Origin: a virus
Virus record (IMG/VR): IMGVR_UViG_3300032236_001583
Location: 3,926-67,925 of that record
Length of the DNA stretch: 64,000 nucleotides
Strand: one strand, 5' to 3'
Positions 38,738 to 51,433 of the stretch are shown piece after piece. The position numbers were made by a program, and so were the translations under genes. Under the pieces are notes generated by a model. The model did not search any database. It had not been told where the DNA came from and saw nothing but the letters and a program-made list of their open reading frames with translations. How positions within the stretch are numbered: position 1 is the first letter of the stretch; each line of letters starts with the position of its first letter.

Positions 38738-40849
38738 ATGATAGTAAGAAGACAAACAACAGATCAAAATTTAATCATTAATACGGAACTTGATTTCCAA
38801 ACTGACTTGGGTTGGGAAGATAATTTAATGCAATTCGAGGAAGAAATTCTAAATGAGATTATCAACCCAATTGAAAATTATGAAACAATTAGATATATAC
38901 ATTCGCCATATACGTTGAATGGTATATCACAAACAGATATTTGGTTTTATTTTTATTTTGCTTCTGGCGGAACATATAATCAAAGCTATGAATCAGTTAG
39001 TATATCAAATCAAGATAACGAACATTTATTACCACAATCAGTAAAAAGTTTTTTTAGATTAGAATTCTATAAAACACCAGGAATTGTAACAAATAATGTT
39101 TTAACATGTGAACCACCAACAAGACAAAATAGAAGATTGGTATTTGCTAAAAATTTATCATTACCAAATGGTGAAAAAGTATTTGATTCAGTTCTTAATG
39201 GACATTTACATATTCCAATATTCACAGGATCAAACTATAGAAATAAAGAAAACATGTATATGTTTTGGTTTGAGGATGAATCTGTTTTAACTGAAACTAA
39301 TTTAAGTGGTAGTACAACTGGGAATACATTCTTTATGACAGCTAAATTCTATGATGCTGAAAATGGTAATATATTAGATTTTACAAATGATTGTTTTGAT
39401 ACTAGTCATACAGTTAATGAACCAAAAGATATGTATTATCAAGTTGATATTGATAAAGTAAATCACACATATACAATATCATATTATGATGGAGTTGTTG
39501 AATGCGAACGTGTTGGTACATCACAATTACCAATTAGATTTTTTGAAAAAGGTGGAGCAACATGCCCACCATCATTACCATATCATATTTGTAGTGATGT
39601 TACCCCAACACCAACATTAACTCCAACTCAAACAGTTACCCCAACTGTCACTCCAACAAATACACCAACACCTACCCCAACACAAACATCAGGTGGTGGT
39701 TCAGGTGGTGGTTCAGGTGGTGGTTCAGGTGGATCGGGAGGTACATATTACTGGTATGAATTAACTAGTTGTAATGATGGAATAACAAAAATAGTTGGTA
39801 GAAGTTCACAGTCAATTGATCAGTCACCTATTGTGTATAAAATAAATCAATATGATTGTTACAATCTTACTGGTGACGAAGTTGAAACATCATCTTTTTA
39901 TGATTTAGATCAATATGATTCAACTAATACTTGTTCAGATACGTATTGTATAGCACCAACACATTATACTGTTTGGCGAGATTGTTTAAATAATTATTGG
40001 TATTATCAAGGTGATTATAGTTCTAGAACAACAGGTATTTCATCTGAAATAAATGTTGATAATAATTGTTTATTTTATGTTGATTACTCAACGTCAACAT
40101 ATGGTGGTACTCAATTATCAACGCCACCGATAGCTGGTGATTGCATGTGCTCAACGCCACAAATGTTTAGTGACACAGTACATATTAAAAACAGCTCATC
40201 TGATTTTAGTTGTGGTAACTGTGCGGATGTTGCTTCGTTTATTGCAAATGGAAATGCTGAAACATTCTGTTCTTGTACAACATTTACTGGTTCTGGATTC
40301 TCAGGATTGGCAAATGGAACTTACGTTATGTCAAATATTGCATCAAATGCGTATTTCTCAATAACAGTTACATCGGGTTCTGTTACAATAAATGGTTCTT
40401 GTGTTGAACCAATACCATCACCAACATATTATGAATATAGTTTAGGTTCTGGTAGCACAATCGCATTAGCATGCCCTGCTTCAAGAACCATAAGATATTC
40501 AGGTGCTAATTTGTTGGGTTTATATGATAAATTATATACAACAAGTGATTTAAATCCTAGTAATGAAGTTGCAACTGGAGTTTACAGCGATGGTATTTCA
40601 GCGTACACGTACAATCATGGAACTGGTATAGCTGACTGGTCAGGTTGTAATTTAGATTGTGAATCGTGGAATATTGTTAATAACGATATGAAATATCAAA
40701 TACCTATTACTGTTACTTACACTGATTGTAGTAACCAAATACAAACAATTAATTTACCATATGGTGATATGAATATTTGCATAAAAGCTGGTACAACTAT
40801 TTCAGGACCGTCAAGTAGTAGCTTTAATAATTCATATTGTTCTTCATAA
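38738..40849 (+). CDS. Virion protein with Thr-Pro linker, Gly-Ser linker and Cys-rich C-terminal domains
   Basis: Globular N-terminal region, TPTPT tract (39600-39690), SGGG repeat, and many paired Cys. Confidence 0.7.
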   Translation: MIVRRQTTDQNLIINTELDFQTDLGWEDNLMQFEEEILNEIINPIENYETIRYIHSPYTLNGISQTDIWFYFYFASGGTYNQSYESVSISNQDNEHLLPQSVKSFFRLEFYKTPGIVTNNVLTCEPPTRQNRRLVFAKNLSLPNGEKVFDSVLNGHLHIPIFTGSNYRNKENMYMFWFEDESVLTETNLSGSTTGNTFFMTAKFYDAENGNILDFTNDCFDTSHTVNEPKDMYYQVDIDKVNHTYTISYYDGVVECERVGTSQLPIRFFEKGGATCPPSLPYHICSDVTPTPTLTPTQTVTPTVTPTNTPTPTPTQTSGGGSGGGSGGGSGGSGGTYYWYELTSCNDGITKIVGRSSQSIDQSPIVYKINQYDCYNLTGDEVETSSFYDLDQYDSTNTCSDTYCIAPTHYTVWRDCLNNYWYYQGDYSSRTTGISSEINVDNNCLFYVDYSTSTYGGTQLSTPPIAGDCMCSTPQMFSDTVHIKNSSSDFSCGNCADVASFIANGNAETFCSCTTFTGSGFSGLANGTYVMSNIASNAYFSITVTSGSVTINGSCVEPIPSPTYYEYSLGSGSTIALACPASRTIRYSGANLLGLYDKLYTTSDLNPSNEVATGVYSDGISAYTYNHGTGIADWSGCNLDCESWNIVNNDMKYQIPITVTYTDCSNQIQTINLPYGDMNICIKAGTTISGPSSSSFNNSYCSS

Positions 40850-40890
40850 CAATTAATATAATAAAAAGAAAAAGAAGTTATTTATAATAG

Positions 40891-43800
40891 GTGAAAAGGA
40901 CAAAATATACCATAAGAAGAGATACTATCGTCACAGGTTCGTTAATCGATACCACAACACATTCGTGGTTAGATGGTGATGGTAATATAGTACCTTGGGT
41001 ATCTGGTTCCGTAGATATGTCACCTGCAACTGGTAGTGTTTTATATAATGTAAACACTTCAGGTAGTTTAGTTGAAGGATATTACAAATATAATGGTAAT
41101 ATTTGGTCACATGTTTCATCCAGCGTTGATTTATATCAAGACATTAATTTACCTATTTTATTAACTGCAACTGCAGATGAGTCAGGTCCAATGGTTGACT
41201 TTGATGGTGATATACAACACAACTACATTACCGCAAATTTCATGTATGAAATTAATGGTACAACTGTCACAGTATTTAATACCACAACTCATCAAGTTCA
41301 AGATGTAATTAATGCAAATCCATCATTATTGAATGATGTTGTGTTTACAATTAATTGGGGCGATGGTACAACAGATACGATTGGTAGATATGGTACCGCA
41401 ACACATACATATAGTGAGATAGTTAATCAAAGGGTTTCAATAACAATGAATTCACCATACATTGCAAATACTGTTGATAAAGTAATTGCAATTGAAGGAT
41501 TCTCTACGCCAACTCCAACTCCAACTATAACACCTACACCAGCAGCAACATCGGAACCAACTCCAACACCAACAAACACATCAACACCAACAGTAACACC
41601 AACTGTTACACCAACAAATACAAACACACCTACACATACTGCTACACCAACTGTAACACCAACAAATACGCCAACATCAACAGCTACTGTTACACCAACG
41701 GCAACTGTAACCCCAACAAACACGGCTACAGTAACACCGACAAACACAAATACACCAACAAATACACCAACTGTTACACCAACAAATACCGCAACACAAA
41801 CTGTAACACCAACCAATACAGTCACACCAACAACAACACCTACACCAACTATCCAATGTTATTTTGGTATAGATGTATCTGTATTGGCACCAACTCCGAC
41901 ACCAACTACAACTGTAACACCAACAGCGACTGTAACACCAAGTATAACACCAACAAATACCAATACACCAACTGTAACACCAACTCAAACACCTACGCCA
42001 ACTATTCTTTGTTACTTTGGAATTAATGTAAGTGTTCTTGCACCTTCACCGACTCCAACAACAACAACAACACCAACAAACACCGCAACGCCAACTGTAA
42101 CACCAACAAATACGAATACACCAACTGTAACGGCTACGAATACTGCGACACCAACAGTTACACCAACTCAAACACCAACACCAACTATCCAATGTTATTT
42201 TGGTGTAGATGTATCGGTATTGGCTCCAACACCAACTGCAACTCCAACAATGACTGTTACACAAACACCTACAATGACAGTCACACCAACGAATACTGCT
42301 ACACCAACAAATACTGCCACACCTACAATGACTGTAACACCAACAAATACGGTTACACCAACAACAACAGTTACGCCAACTAATACTGTAACTCCGACAA
42401 TGACTGTTACACCAACAGCAACAAATACTCCAACACCAACAATATTGTGTTATTTTGGTATCAATGTGTCAGTATTAGCACCAAGTCCAACACCAACTAA
42501 CACGCCAACACCGACGAATACTGCTACACCAACAAATACAGCAACACCAACGAATACTGTAACAGCAACACCAACAAATACGGTTACACCAACTAATACT
42601 GTAACTCCAACACCTACAGTTACACCAACAGTAACTGTTACACCTACGAATACTGCGACAGCAACGAGTACACCGACTCCAACACCAACAGTTTCTTCTG
42701 GTTATTGTGGTGATTGTACTTCATATGATATTGTTATAACATCGCAAGATTTGGCTGCAAGTCAAGATGGTAAAGTTTATGTTTATTATTACCCTTGTGG
42801 AACATATACAGGTGATATGGATTATTTAATATTTGCTAACCCAGGAACATATAACAATTATATATGTGCACAAAATTGTGCTAGCCAATCACCATATATT
42901 TGTGTGACAACAAATGAAGGATGTAATATTGCAAGTGGAGGATCAACATTACTTCCTTTAAGCGGTAACTGCGCAATTTCATATAATGCAGCGACAACAG
43001 TTACATGTAGTGATTCAACAGATTACACATTCACAATAGAAAGACCAGGATATACACATATTAATACTAAGTTTGATTTAGGTCAAACATATGGTAATGT
43101 TCAGGTAATAATAAGTGGTTTATCATATAATTCATATAATGAAATATTTGTTGGTAACTACGCAGAAAAAATAGGTAACACATACACATCAAATGCGGGT
43201 AATATTACAATAAATGGCTCAAATGGTATCGTAGGTTTCTATAGTTCAGACGGTAAAACAACTGTAGACGTTGTTGTATATTCAACAGGCACAAACGGTA
43301 TTTTCATACCATATGATATAAATGTAACTGTTGGTTGTCCTACTACTTTAGATTGTGGTACCAATTTACCAGTACAAACATATGTGACAGGAACTCAAAT
43401 TAATATAACCGATACTGGATATATTAAGTATGATACTGAATCTAGTACAATTTACAGATTTGTTTCTTCAACTGGAATGCATAGAATAGATGATTGTTTC
43501 ATATATGAATCATTAGAACCAGGTGTTCCTTATACTGATACCGCAGCATTCACAATACTATACAGTGGTAATACATGTAACACTGGAACTGATGATTGTC
43601 TAGAAATTACATTTGTTTCTAATAATACTTCAGATGTTAGAGTTGGATGGACAAGCTGTGTTGGTTCTTGGAGAACTAGAATATTAACACCTGGTGAAAT
43701 ATTTACAACTTGTGGTATTAAAAATAGTGGATATGTGGTTGATAGTTCAGATAATGTTTCAATTTCACAAGGAGCAGGTTGTAGTGGTACAATAACACCA

Positions 43801-44085
43801 GCAGATATATATTACAATGACGCAAACGCTGAATATCATTTAAATGCGTGGTTTACAAATGTTAAAGATAATAACAACATTTGTCTTGGTTACCCAATCA
43901 GCTTCTACTATGTACCAGGATTAAATTTATTTGATCCACCAAGATACATATTCCAGGATGCTAATGGTACAACACCATTCCCATACAATTACGTTGCAAT
44001 CTCATCATTTGGATTTGTATATGGATATGAATATAATAAAACAACTGGTGAAGTTGGATTACAAACATACACATGTTTAAATTAA
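40891..44085 (+). CDS. Fibre/adhesin-like protein: PKD-like domain, about 400-aa (Thr-X)n stalk, Cys-rich head
   Basis: INWGDGT....THTY PKD motif; GTG start supported by TATTTATA at -12; four CYFG(I/V)(N/D)VSVLAP motifs. Confidence 0.8.
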   Translation: MKRTKYTIRRDTIVTGSLIDTTTHSWLDGDGNIVPWVSGSVDMSPATGSVLYNVNTSGSLVEGYYKYNGNIWSHVSSSVDLYQDINLPILLTATADESGPMVDFDGDIQHNYITANFMYEINGTTVTVFNTTTHQVQDVINANPSLLNDVVFTINWGDGTTDTIGRYGTATHTYSEIVNQRVSITMNSPYIANTVDKVIAIEGFSTPTPTPTITPTPAATSEPTPTPTNTSTPTVTPTVTPTNTNTPTHTATPTVTPTNTPTSTATVTPTATVTPTNTATVTPTNTNTPTNTPTVTPTNTATQTVTPTNTVTPTTTPTPTIQCYFGIDVSVLAPTPTPTTTVTPTATVTPSITPTNTNTPTVTPTQTPTPTILCYFGINVSVLAPSPTPTTTTTPTNTATPTVTPTNTNTPTVTATNTATPTVTPTQTPTPTIQCYFGVDVSVLAPTPTATPTMTVTQTPTMTVTPTNTATPTNTATPTMTVTPTNTVTPTTTVTPTNTVTPTMTVTPTATNTPTPTILCYFGINVSVLAPSPTPTNTPTPTNTATPTNTATPTNTVTATPTNTVTPTNTVTPTPTVTPTVTVTPTNTATATSTPTPTPTVSSGYCGDCTSYDIVITSQDLAASQDGKVYVYYYPCGTYTGDMDYLIFANPGTYNNYICAQNCASQSPYICVTTNEGCNIASGGSTLLPLSGNCAISYNAATTVTCSDSTDYTFTIERPGYTHINTKFDLGQTYGNVQVIISGLSYNSYNEIFVGNYAEKIGNTYTSNAGNITINGSNGIVGFYSSDGKTTVDVVVYSTGTNGIFIPYDINVTVGCPTTLDCGTNLPVQTYVTGTQINITDTGYIKYDTESSTIYRFVSSTGMHRIDDCFIYESLEPGVPYTDTAAFTILYSGNTCNTGTDDCLEITFVSNNTSDVRVGWTSCVGSWRTRILTPGEIFTTCGIKNSGYVVDSSDNVSISQGAGCSGTITPADIYYNDANAEYHLNAWFTNVKDNNNICLGYPISFYYVPGLNLFDPPRYIFQDANGTTPFPYNYVAISSFGFVYGYEYNKTTGEVGLQTYTCLN
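41505..42690 (+). repeat. Thr-X dipeptide (mucin-like) coding repeat with 4 conserved 14-aa motifs
   Basis: ACN-NNN hexamer periodicity; motifs start at 41851, 42004, 42187 and 42442. Confidence 0.92.
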
Positions 44086-44092
44086 TTGAAAA

Positions 44093-44380
44093 ATGAGTAC
44101 ACCCATATTAATACCGCAAACAAGTCAAAATTTTGGTAAAGTAAATAAAATTATTTGGTTCAATGTTTCAGATGTTGATGGTACTTTTAGTCTCAATTTG
44201 CACATTACACCAAGCCAAGTTGCCAACACCACAATTTCAATATTTAATCAAGGAAATAAAATTGAGGTTTTCAATAGAACATACATAAAGTCCTCAAATA
44301 ATGATATTATTAATGAGACAGTAAAAATTAGACACACCCCTGGTCTAGATTCAAATATATATGGGATAAAAACCATTTAA
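44093..44380 (+). CDS. Small beta-rich hypothetical protein (possible fibre accessory or chaperone)
   Basis: 95-aa ORF between the two stalk-protein genes. Confidence 0.6.
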   Translation: MSTPILIPQTSQNFGKVNKIIWFNVSDVDGTFSLNLHITPSQVANTTISIFNQGNKIEVFNRTYIKSSNNDIINETVKIRHTPGLDSNIYGIKTI

Positions 44381-44395
44381 AAGTAATTATAGTTA

Positions 44396-47300
44396 ATGAG
44401 TAGTTCGTTTGACATTAGTTGTACAGTTCAAGGCGCAGCGCCAGACAATTTAGCCCATGAATGTGGTCTTACTAAGACGCTTTCGTGGACAGGTAACGGC
44501 ACTCATTCCGGATTATCATTTTATTTAATTCACACCCAATTAAACAATCTTACACCAAGGTACGTTTTTAAAAACCCAAAGTCTTCTAAATTAATTAAAT
44601 TTATATTTTCATCCAATTCATCTGTTAACGCAAAAGTAAGGGTAAAATATAATATTGATGGTGTTTTAACCGTTAGGGATGAATATGACCTTTCAGCATT
44701 AACAACAAATGTTGCAAAATACCATGAGTTATTAATTGATAATGACATTAAGTCTAATGCATTTATAATTTTAGATGTAATAACTAGTGACAATAATGCA
44801 GGTACAATTAGTGTAAATTTAGATTGCGATCCTCAAATTGTGTCAGCAAATTTCTGTTATGGATACACAAATTCATCACAGTATTGTTCGGAATGTCCAC
44901 AAACAATTACATTATATAGAGAAAAAAGTTCTAATAGTAATATAAGTGGTTTAATAAATGTAAACGTTGACAATTTTTCACCATATAGTGATGGTCCATG
45001 GTATAATGATGCTGATCTTCAAGTTGAGGCGGACGATACTATTTTTTATACATACAAAGTTAGTGATAACAATAAAAGAAGCTATTATTCGTATAGTAAA
45101 ACAACACACAAATTTAATTTAGAAGGTAGCTGTTTAGGTGGTAAGTATACATGCGGAAGTGACACTATTTCACAAACAAACTTAGTTTCTGATTATACAC
45201 AAACAAATCCATATTTACCAAATACTCCAAACGTAAAATTAAACGGATTAATATATTCTATTAAAGAATTTATTTTTGAGTTACCAACTAAAAATAGAAT
45301 TGTTCCAATTACAGTAACAACATCTGGAACTAAAAGAGATTTTGCATATATTATTACTGACGCAGTTAATGGTGATAGAGTTGGTAATGTTAGTTATGGT
45401 AATAGTTATAACGATCCATATTATAATGCTTGTACTGAGCTGAATTTATTTAGAAATCAAACACAACAATATTTCACAACAAATAGTGGTTACATAAGAG
45501 TTAGAATTGCGATCGGACAAAATAAAGGATTTAATGGTTCAGCTGTAACATGTTCTGTTAATGTTGGTTGTGGTCAGGAAATATATGGTTATGAAATGGG
45601 TGTTCATCCATATTCACCATATGATGCAAAAAATAACCCAAGAGTTGTGACCACATTATGGTCTACAACACCAATAGCATCATGGTCGGGATCAACATTA
45701 AGTAGTACTAATCCAAATGATAATCCATATGTCACAAATGGTACATATGTATTCAATGATGGAATATTAACTAATAGAGCTTTACCTTGGTATTATGCGA
45801 CATATAATACGTCAATTAATCAAAACATATATCAAATAGGTAACGCTGTTAATAGATCATATGGTATTAAAATAGACAAACAACTTACAAAACATGGAAT
45901 TTTTGGTAGCACAAATGTGAGTGATATTATTAGTGGACCAAAAGACTGGACAAATGTTGTTCATAATGTACCATATGTTCCAGCATGTATTGAACCAGCA
46001 ATTGTTGGCGTTGGTGTTGTAAATAAAATTTTAACAAGTGCTGATATTAAAAAACCATCAGCATATTCGTACCTATTAGGTATGGGTACAATAGGAGCAC
46101 CACCACCATTCCAAATTTCAGCAAATGATGGATTTTTCACGTTTTACAATTTCAATGATTCAACAAATACACCAATAACTGGTTTTGAGCATTTAGCGGA
46201 TAAAATGGGTATTGCATATGGTAGAGCAACAAATAACCCAACATACATTAAAGCAATACAAGACGGTCTTGGTAGAAGTATTGCGTTAGGCGGATCAGCT
46301 GCTGCCACATTTACATTAGTTTCAATTTGGGGAACGGAAGTTGCAAATGATTTTGCTTGGTTAGTTGCGACTATATCATTTTGGGCTATCGCAGTTGTTG
46401 CGCTTGTAGCAACTATTTGGGCTATATTTTCAACATCATCTAGAACTTTAATACAAAATTGTAAACAATTTTATAAAAAATATACTGGTGAAAATTCACC
46501 GTACATGGCAACGGGAGTTACAATATATGACGATGTTAATTTGTCAAAATATACAGCAGACAGAAATTATTGTGATGGTGCATATTATTATACGGTACCT
46601 TCTAATACAACTGATGGTAAAATTACTAATAAGCAATTAGCATATAAAACAATTAACAATGTTAAAACGTATACGTTAAACATCTTTAATTCAACAGATG
46701 GATCACAAGAATATATTACTGATTTTTCCAAACTATTCTTTTTAGCATATGTTGCCGGTTACCCTGAAAAATACACAACACAACCAACTGAATATACTAA
46801 TGATTCAACATCAGTAACAATATTACAAAGTAGTACTATAACAGGTGAATTAAATAATCCAGTTCCAATTACATATCAAATACCTGCTGGTACATTTACA
46901 TCAACAGATTCTGTAAATGATGCCAATGCTGAAGCATTAAAGTATTTAATAACTTTAACTGGGTCTACTTACGATAATGTTTTTTCAACAGAACCAAAAC
47001 CTGGTATTGAAACTGTAAATTTAATTTTTACACATGAAATTAAAGTTGAAAACGAACCAAATCTATTTTTAACATATTATAACAATAATGATACAAATGG
47101 TATAACTATTGGTAAAAAAATCTATTATGATATAAATGGTGATAGTTCAGTTTTAGATGGCTATTATTCCGAAATTATTGGCGGATCATATAGAAAATTT
47201 TATAAAACATCTGGTGGTACTGTAGTTGATATTATAATATGGCAAAATAGTTCTGACACAACTGCAACTGGTTCTTTAGGTACATACAGTGTAAGTACAA

Positions 47301-50300
47301 GTAATCAAGATTACACAAGTGTATGGTATATAACTGATTACAATTTGAGTGATATTGGTTTAAGTTTATATAATAATTTAGATAATTTAATAAATGATTG
47401 GAATACATCAACATTTTACAGTAATAGTAAAATAAGAAGAGGTTTTATACAAACTAGAGAAACTGCAGAAACTTTATATCTTTATGATAGTAATGAAAAT
47501 TTAGATTCATATACTGAAGGTATTGAAAATATTTATCGAGAAATTTATCCATTTGATTCATTACCTTTTACATATCATAAAGCACATACGTTAACAATTG
47601 TACCATACGAAGTTTGTGATCTAGATTTAGTTCAAAATGGTATTAATTTCAATATATACGATGCTAACGGTAATCCATCACCATCATTTGTTGGCGTAAC
47701 ATTTAGCGTAGACGTTTATACTTATAATACTTTTTTATCAACGTACACAATAACAATAGGTCCACACGATAATTCATATTTTTTAGAATTAGATATTCCA
47801 TATACTGGGCATACAGTTACTGATGTTAATAACTTTACGTATATATCACCAAACCCATATAACAAAACAACATTTACTAATGGTACGTTAGTACAAAATA
47901 ATGGTGTTTCACCTTGTGATTTTTACATTAACACAAATTATATTGTGGATTCATTTGGATATGTTCAATATGATAGTTTTGATGTCGATACTCACAATGT
48001 AACAACTATAATTAATAATTTAACTGAAGGTATATATAGCATTTCTACACCAATTGTTTATGGCTCATTAATGCCAGTAATTGACACTAACACATATTAT
48101 CCAGCAGCAAATATTAGAATTATTGAAACTGGAGATTGTTATGTTGAGGTTTCATTAACACCAACACCAACTCAAACAAATACTGCGACTCCAACAGTAA
48201 CACCTACTAACACACCAACACAAACTGTTACGCCAACTAATACTAACACTCCAACACCAACAAATACACCAACACCAACAATATTGTGTTATTTTGGTAT
48301 TAATGTGTCTGTATTAGCTCCAAGCCCAACACCGACAATGACTGTCACACCAACAGCAACTGTTACACCAAGTATAACACCAACAAATACTATTACACCT
48401 ACAATAACACCAACAAATACACCAACACCAACAATATTGTGTTATTTTGGTATTAACGTATCGGTATTAGCACCAACCCCAACACCAACTATTACGTCAA
48501 CACCAACAATGACGATGACTCCAACAAATACGTCAACACCAACTAACACACCAACAATAACAGCAACCCCAACATCAACTGTTACTCCAACCCCAACACA
48601 TACACCAACACCAACAATATTATGTTATTTTGGTATTAACGTATCGGTATTGGCCCCAAGCCCAACTCCAACAAATACAATAACACCAACACCAACACAT
48701 ACGCCAACTAACACACCGACAAACACGTTTACACCAACCATTACACCAACACATACGCCAACATCAACACAAACACAAACACCAACCAACACACCGACAA
48801 ACACGTCAACACCAACACATACACCAACACCAACACCATCATTACCGGCGTTAAGTGTTTCAGTTTCAAGTTCGTCAATACAATCTTGTTTCAATGTCAA
48901 TGATGCTTCATTTACATTAAGTGCGAGTGGTGGTAATGGTGCACCATATGAATATTCTATAGATGCTACTAACTGGCAAGCAAGTGCAACATTTAGTTCT
49001 TTAGCTGGAACATCATATACGGGTTATGTTAGAAATAATAATAGAACAGGAACAATAGCTTCAGTATCTGTTGGTAGTTTAAGTAGAAGTGCACCAAGCG
49101 TAAGCATATTCAAATCTAGTTATAATGGTTACAATATTTCATGTAACGGCGGTACAGACTCAATTGTAGTATCTGGATTTACAGGCGGACAGGGTGCACC
49201 ATATTCAGTTAAATTAAATTCTGGTGGAACGTATCAAACAACAACTACATCTAGAACATACAGTGGTTTAGCGGCTGGAACATATAATGTTTATGTTAAA
49301 GATTCTGTTGGTTGTGAAAATATAATATCAGTAACATTAACACAACCATCGGCTGTTAGTGCGTCTATTTCAAGTAGTACACAACCAACATGTTATAATG
49401 GATCTAATGGTTCGGTTACTGCAACAGCTTCAGGTGGTGTTGGTGGATATACATATTCATTAAATGGCGGATCATACCAAGCAAGTGCCACATTTAGTAG
49501 TTTACCAAATGGTTCATATTATATAACAGCTAAAGATGCTAATGGTTGTACCGCAACATCATCAACAACGACATTTGCAGTTACTGCTCCTAATGCAACA
49601 ATTACACCACAAAGTGTTAGCTGTAACGGTGGATCTGATGGTGCAATAGTAGTTATAGGAGGTTCAGGTGGTTCAGGATCTGGATATAGTGTATCTATTG
49701 ATGGATCAAGTTATTATACGATATCTGCAACTCAACAAAAAACATTTGGTTCATTAAATGTTGCAGGTAATCCATATACAATTTATGTTCGAGACGGATC
49801 TAATTGTATACAAGCATACAGTGTAAATGTGACGCAACCAGCTGTAAATACTGCATCAATATCAATTGTTAGTTATGATACCGGTACTAGCAATGGTCAG
49901 TTAAATTTAACATCAACCGGCGGTACATGGCCTAAAACTTATAGATTATATAAAGATTCAACAACACCATATAATGACTTTACAGCTAGTAGTTTAGTTG
50001 CAACATTTACAGGTGTAACATCAAGTTCACCAACAGTTACCGCAACTGGTTTATCATATGGTTATTATTGGTTAACATTAACAGATGCAAATGGTTGTGT
50101 GGCACAAAGTGCAACAGAAACTGCATTATTAAATTACACATATGTTGGTAATTATAGATCTGCAGCTACAGTAGCTTGTGGAGATACAACATCCCCATTA
50201 TATAATGTTTATTTAAGTAATTTTGATTATTCAACATATACGTCTAATGCTAATTCATTAACATCTGGTATGACAATATACTCAACAAACTCAGGTGGTT

Positions 50301-50395
50301 TATGGAGTGGTGGAGCACAATTATATGATCCAAATAGTGGTAGCGTATTTAAAGTATCAAGTACTGGTCTACTTAGCTCATATCAAAACTGTTAA
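44396..50395 (+). CDS. Giant adhesin-like virion protein: hydrophobic hairpin, DUF5977-like motif, (Thr-X)n stalk, SprB-like repeats
   Basis: SC.GG..G.I.V...GG...YS..L.G.......F..L..G.Y.V.V.D..GC repeats (SprB-type); [17 protein letters not shown] motif; three [14 protein letters not shown] motifs. Confidence 0.8.
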   Translation: MSSSFDISCTVQGAAPDNLAHECGLTKTLSWTGNGTHSGLSFYLIHTQLNNLTPRYVFKNPKSSKLIKFIFSSNSSVNAKVRVKYNIDGVLTVRDEYDLSALTTNVAKYHELLIDNDIKSNAFIILDVITSDNNAGTISVNLDCDPQIVSANFCYGYTNSSQYCSECPQTITLYREKSSNSNISGLINVNVDNFSPYSDGPWYNDADLQVEADDTIFYTYKVSDNNKRSYYSYSKTTHKFNLEGSCLGGKYTCGSDTISQTNLVSDYTQTNPYLPNTPNVKLNGLIYSIKEFIFELPTKNRIVPITVTTSGTKRDFAYIITDAVNGDRVGNVSYGNSYNDPYYNACTELNLFRNQTQQYFTTNSGYIRVRIAIGQNKGFNGSAVTCSVNVGCGQEIYGYEMGVHPYSPYDAKNNPRVVTTLWSTTPIASWSGSTLSSTNPNDNPYVTNGTYVFNDGILTNRALPWYYATYNTSINQNIYQIGNAVNRSYGIKIDKQLTKHGIFGSTNVSDIISGPKDWTNVVHNVPYVPACIEPAIVGVGVVNKILTSADIKKPSAYSYLLGMGTIGAPPPFQISANDGFFTFYNFNDSTNTPITGFEHLADKMGIAYGRATNNPTYIKAIQDGLGRSIALGGSAAATFTLVSIWGTEVANDFAWLVATISFWAIAVVALVATIWAIFSTSSRTLIQNCKQFYKKYTGENSPYMATGVTIYDDVNLSKYTADRNYCDGAYYYTVPSNTTDGKITNKQLAYKTINNVKTYTLNIFNSTDGSQEYITDFSKLFFLAYVAGYPEKYTTQPTEYTNDSTSVTILQSSTITGELNNPVPITYQIPAGTFTSTDSVNDANAEALKYLITLTGSTYDNVFSTEPKPGIETVNLIFTHEIKVENEPNLFLTYYNNNDTNGITIGKKIYYDINGDSSVLDGYYSEIIGGSYRKFYKTSGGTVVDIIIWQNSSDTTATGSLGTYSVSTSNQDYTSVWYITDYNLSDIGLSLYNNLDNLINDWNTSTFYSNSKIRRGFIQTRETAETLYLYDSNENLDSYTEGIENIYREIYPFDSLPFTYHKAHTLTIVPYEVCDLDLVQNGINFNIYDANGNPSPSFVGVTFSVDVYTYNTFLSTYTITIGPHDNSYFLELDIPYTGHTVTDVNNFTYISPNPYNKTTFTNGTLVQNNGVSPCDFYINTNYIVDSFGYVQYDSFDVDTHNVTTIINNLTEGIYSISTPIVYGSLMPVIDTNTYYPAANIRIIETGDCYVEVSLTPTPTQTNTATPTVTPTNTPTQTVTPTNTNTPTPTNTPTPTILCYFGINVSVLAPSPTPTMTVTPTATVTPSITPTNTITPTITPTNTPTPTILCYFGINVSVLAPTPTPTITSTPTMTMTPTNTSTPTNTPTITATPTSTVTPTPTHTPTPTILCYFGINVSVLAPSPTPTNTITPTPTHTPTNTPTNTFTPTITPTHTPTSTQTQTPTNTPTNTSTPTHTPTPTPSLPALSVSVSSSSIQSCFNVNDASFTLSASGGNGAPYEYSIDATNWQASATFSSLAGTSYTGYVRNNNRTGTIASVSVGSLSRSAPSVSIFKSSYNGYNISCNGGTDSIVVSGFTGGQGAPYSVKLNSGGTYQTTTTSRTYSGLAAGTYNVYVKDSVGCENIISVTLTQPSAVSASISSSTQPTCYNGSNGSVTATASGGVGGYTYSLNGGSYQASATFSSLPNGSYYITAKDANGCTATSSTTTFAVTAPNATITPQSVSCNGGSDGAIVVIGGSGGSGSGYSVSIDGSSYYTISATQQKTFGSLNVAGNPYTIYVRDGSNCIQAYSVNVTQPAVNTASISIVSYDTGTSNGQLNLTSTGGTWPKTYRLYKDSTTPYNDFTASSLVATFTGVTSSSPTVTATGLSYGYYWLTLTDANGCVAQSATETALLNYTYVGNYRSAATVACGDTTSPLYNVYLSNFDYSTYTSNANSLTSGMTIYSTNSGGLWSGGAQLYDPNSGSVFKVSSTGLLSSYQNC
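48158..48840 (+). repeat. Thr-X coding repeat with 3 conserved 14-aa motifs
   Basis: Motifs start at 48281, 48434 and 48617. Confidence 0.92.
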
Positions 50396-50450
50396 TCATC
50401 ATTGAAAAAATAATAAAATAAACATATATTTATAATTAAAGCAATAAAAA

Positions 50451-51344
50451 ATGGCAAGATCAATATATCTGAACTTTAATAATAGTACTCAGATTAAATC
50501 AGATAATACAAGTACCTTTACGGTAACGACTAATTATTATTCTGGTTCAACCAAAACATTGATAAATGGTGGCAATTCCGATTATTCTAATTGGGATAGT
50601 ACATCATATCAAATTTATTATGGCGGCGCCGGTAACGACAACAATATCACTTATAGTTTCGGTTTATATGACACATTTGCAAGTCAAGAACAATATACGG
50701 GTTTAACATATTCAACATTTAATGGCGCAAATTATGCTGTTAATGTAAATCCTGGTGCAGGATTAATTGAAATAGATGCTAGTGGTGAATGTCATACTAC
50801 AGCATTTGGTGAAGTTACATCGGTAACACCAGGTCAAGTAGCTGTTGTAAGTGGTGATACGGTATATAGTCAATATTCACCAAGTAACTACACTGGTTCT
50901 GGATTAAATTATACAGCATATACACACCAAGATTTAACACAAATATCAACAATAGATGCACAAGGTAATCCAATGCCACCAGCACTTGTTGTTAGATGTG
51001 TAAATACTAACTTTGATTCACATTCAGGTGATACCGTAACTTTAACAGTTCAATATACTGGAGTAACATATGTTTCTGGCGGAACATCAACAACAACCAC
51101 ATATACCGGTCAGTTCCCACCAGTAACATTTAATAGATCATTATCAAATGGTTACAATGGTACTGATGGACCATCATCAAATCCGTCATCACAAACTTTT
51201 ACTAAAATTTACGATTTCTTACCTGACCAAGTACCAACCATTGGTATTCATAGAGGACTTTGGACTTTCAATGTGTCAATAACAAGTAACAACACATATG
51301 CAAGTAACAAGTATGGTATGGCATTTATGATTAATAACGGATAG
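50451..51344 (+). CDS. Hypothetical Ser/Thr/Gly-rich virion protein
   Basis: Has its own TATTTATA motif (50427); beta-rich composition; 6 [ST]GxT motifs. Confidence 0.65.
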   Translation: MARSIYLNFNNSTQIKSDNTSTFTVTTNYYSGSTKTLINGGNSDYSNWDSTSYQIYYGGAGNDNNITYSFGLYDTFASQEQYTGLTYSTFNGANYAVNVNPGAGLIEIDASGECHTTAFGEVTSVTPGQVAVVSGDTVYSQYSPSNYTGSGLNYTAYTHQDLTQISTIDAQGNPMPPALVVRCVNTNFDSHSGDTVTLTVQYTGVTYVSGGTSTTTTYTGQFPPVTFNRSLSNGYNGTDGPSSNPSSQTFTKIYDFLPDQVPTIGIHRGLWTFNVSITSNNTYASNKYGMAFMINNG

Positions 51345-51433
51345 TAATATATCTAAAATCTTTATTTACACTTATAGATTTCTTATATTAAAGGTAAACC
51401 CTTATAAAGATATTTATAAGTGTAATTTTTTTT

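Noticed and set aside
41851-48658. CRISPR-like repeat-spacer appearance of the 42-nt motifs
   Set aside because: Copies are in frame and vary at synonymous positions, the spacers are 111-213 nt of Thr-X codons, and there is no cas operon.
41851-48658. Diversity-generating retroelement template/variable repeat pair
   Set aside because: Differences between copies are not adenine-specific and there is no reverse transcriptase gene in the window.
41427-48900. Minus-strand Val-Gly and Trp-Cys rich ORFs (41427..41825, 41677..41988, 42046..42264, 48625..48900)
   Set aside because: Shadow frames of the ACA/CCA repeat, which lacks antisense stop codons.
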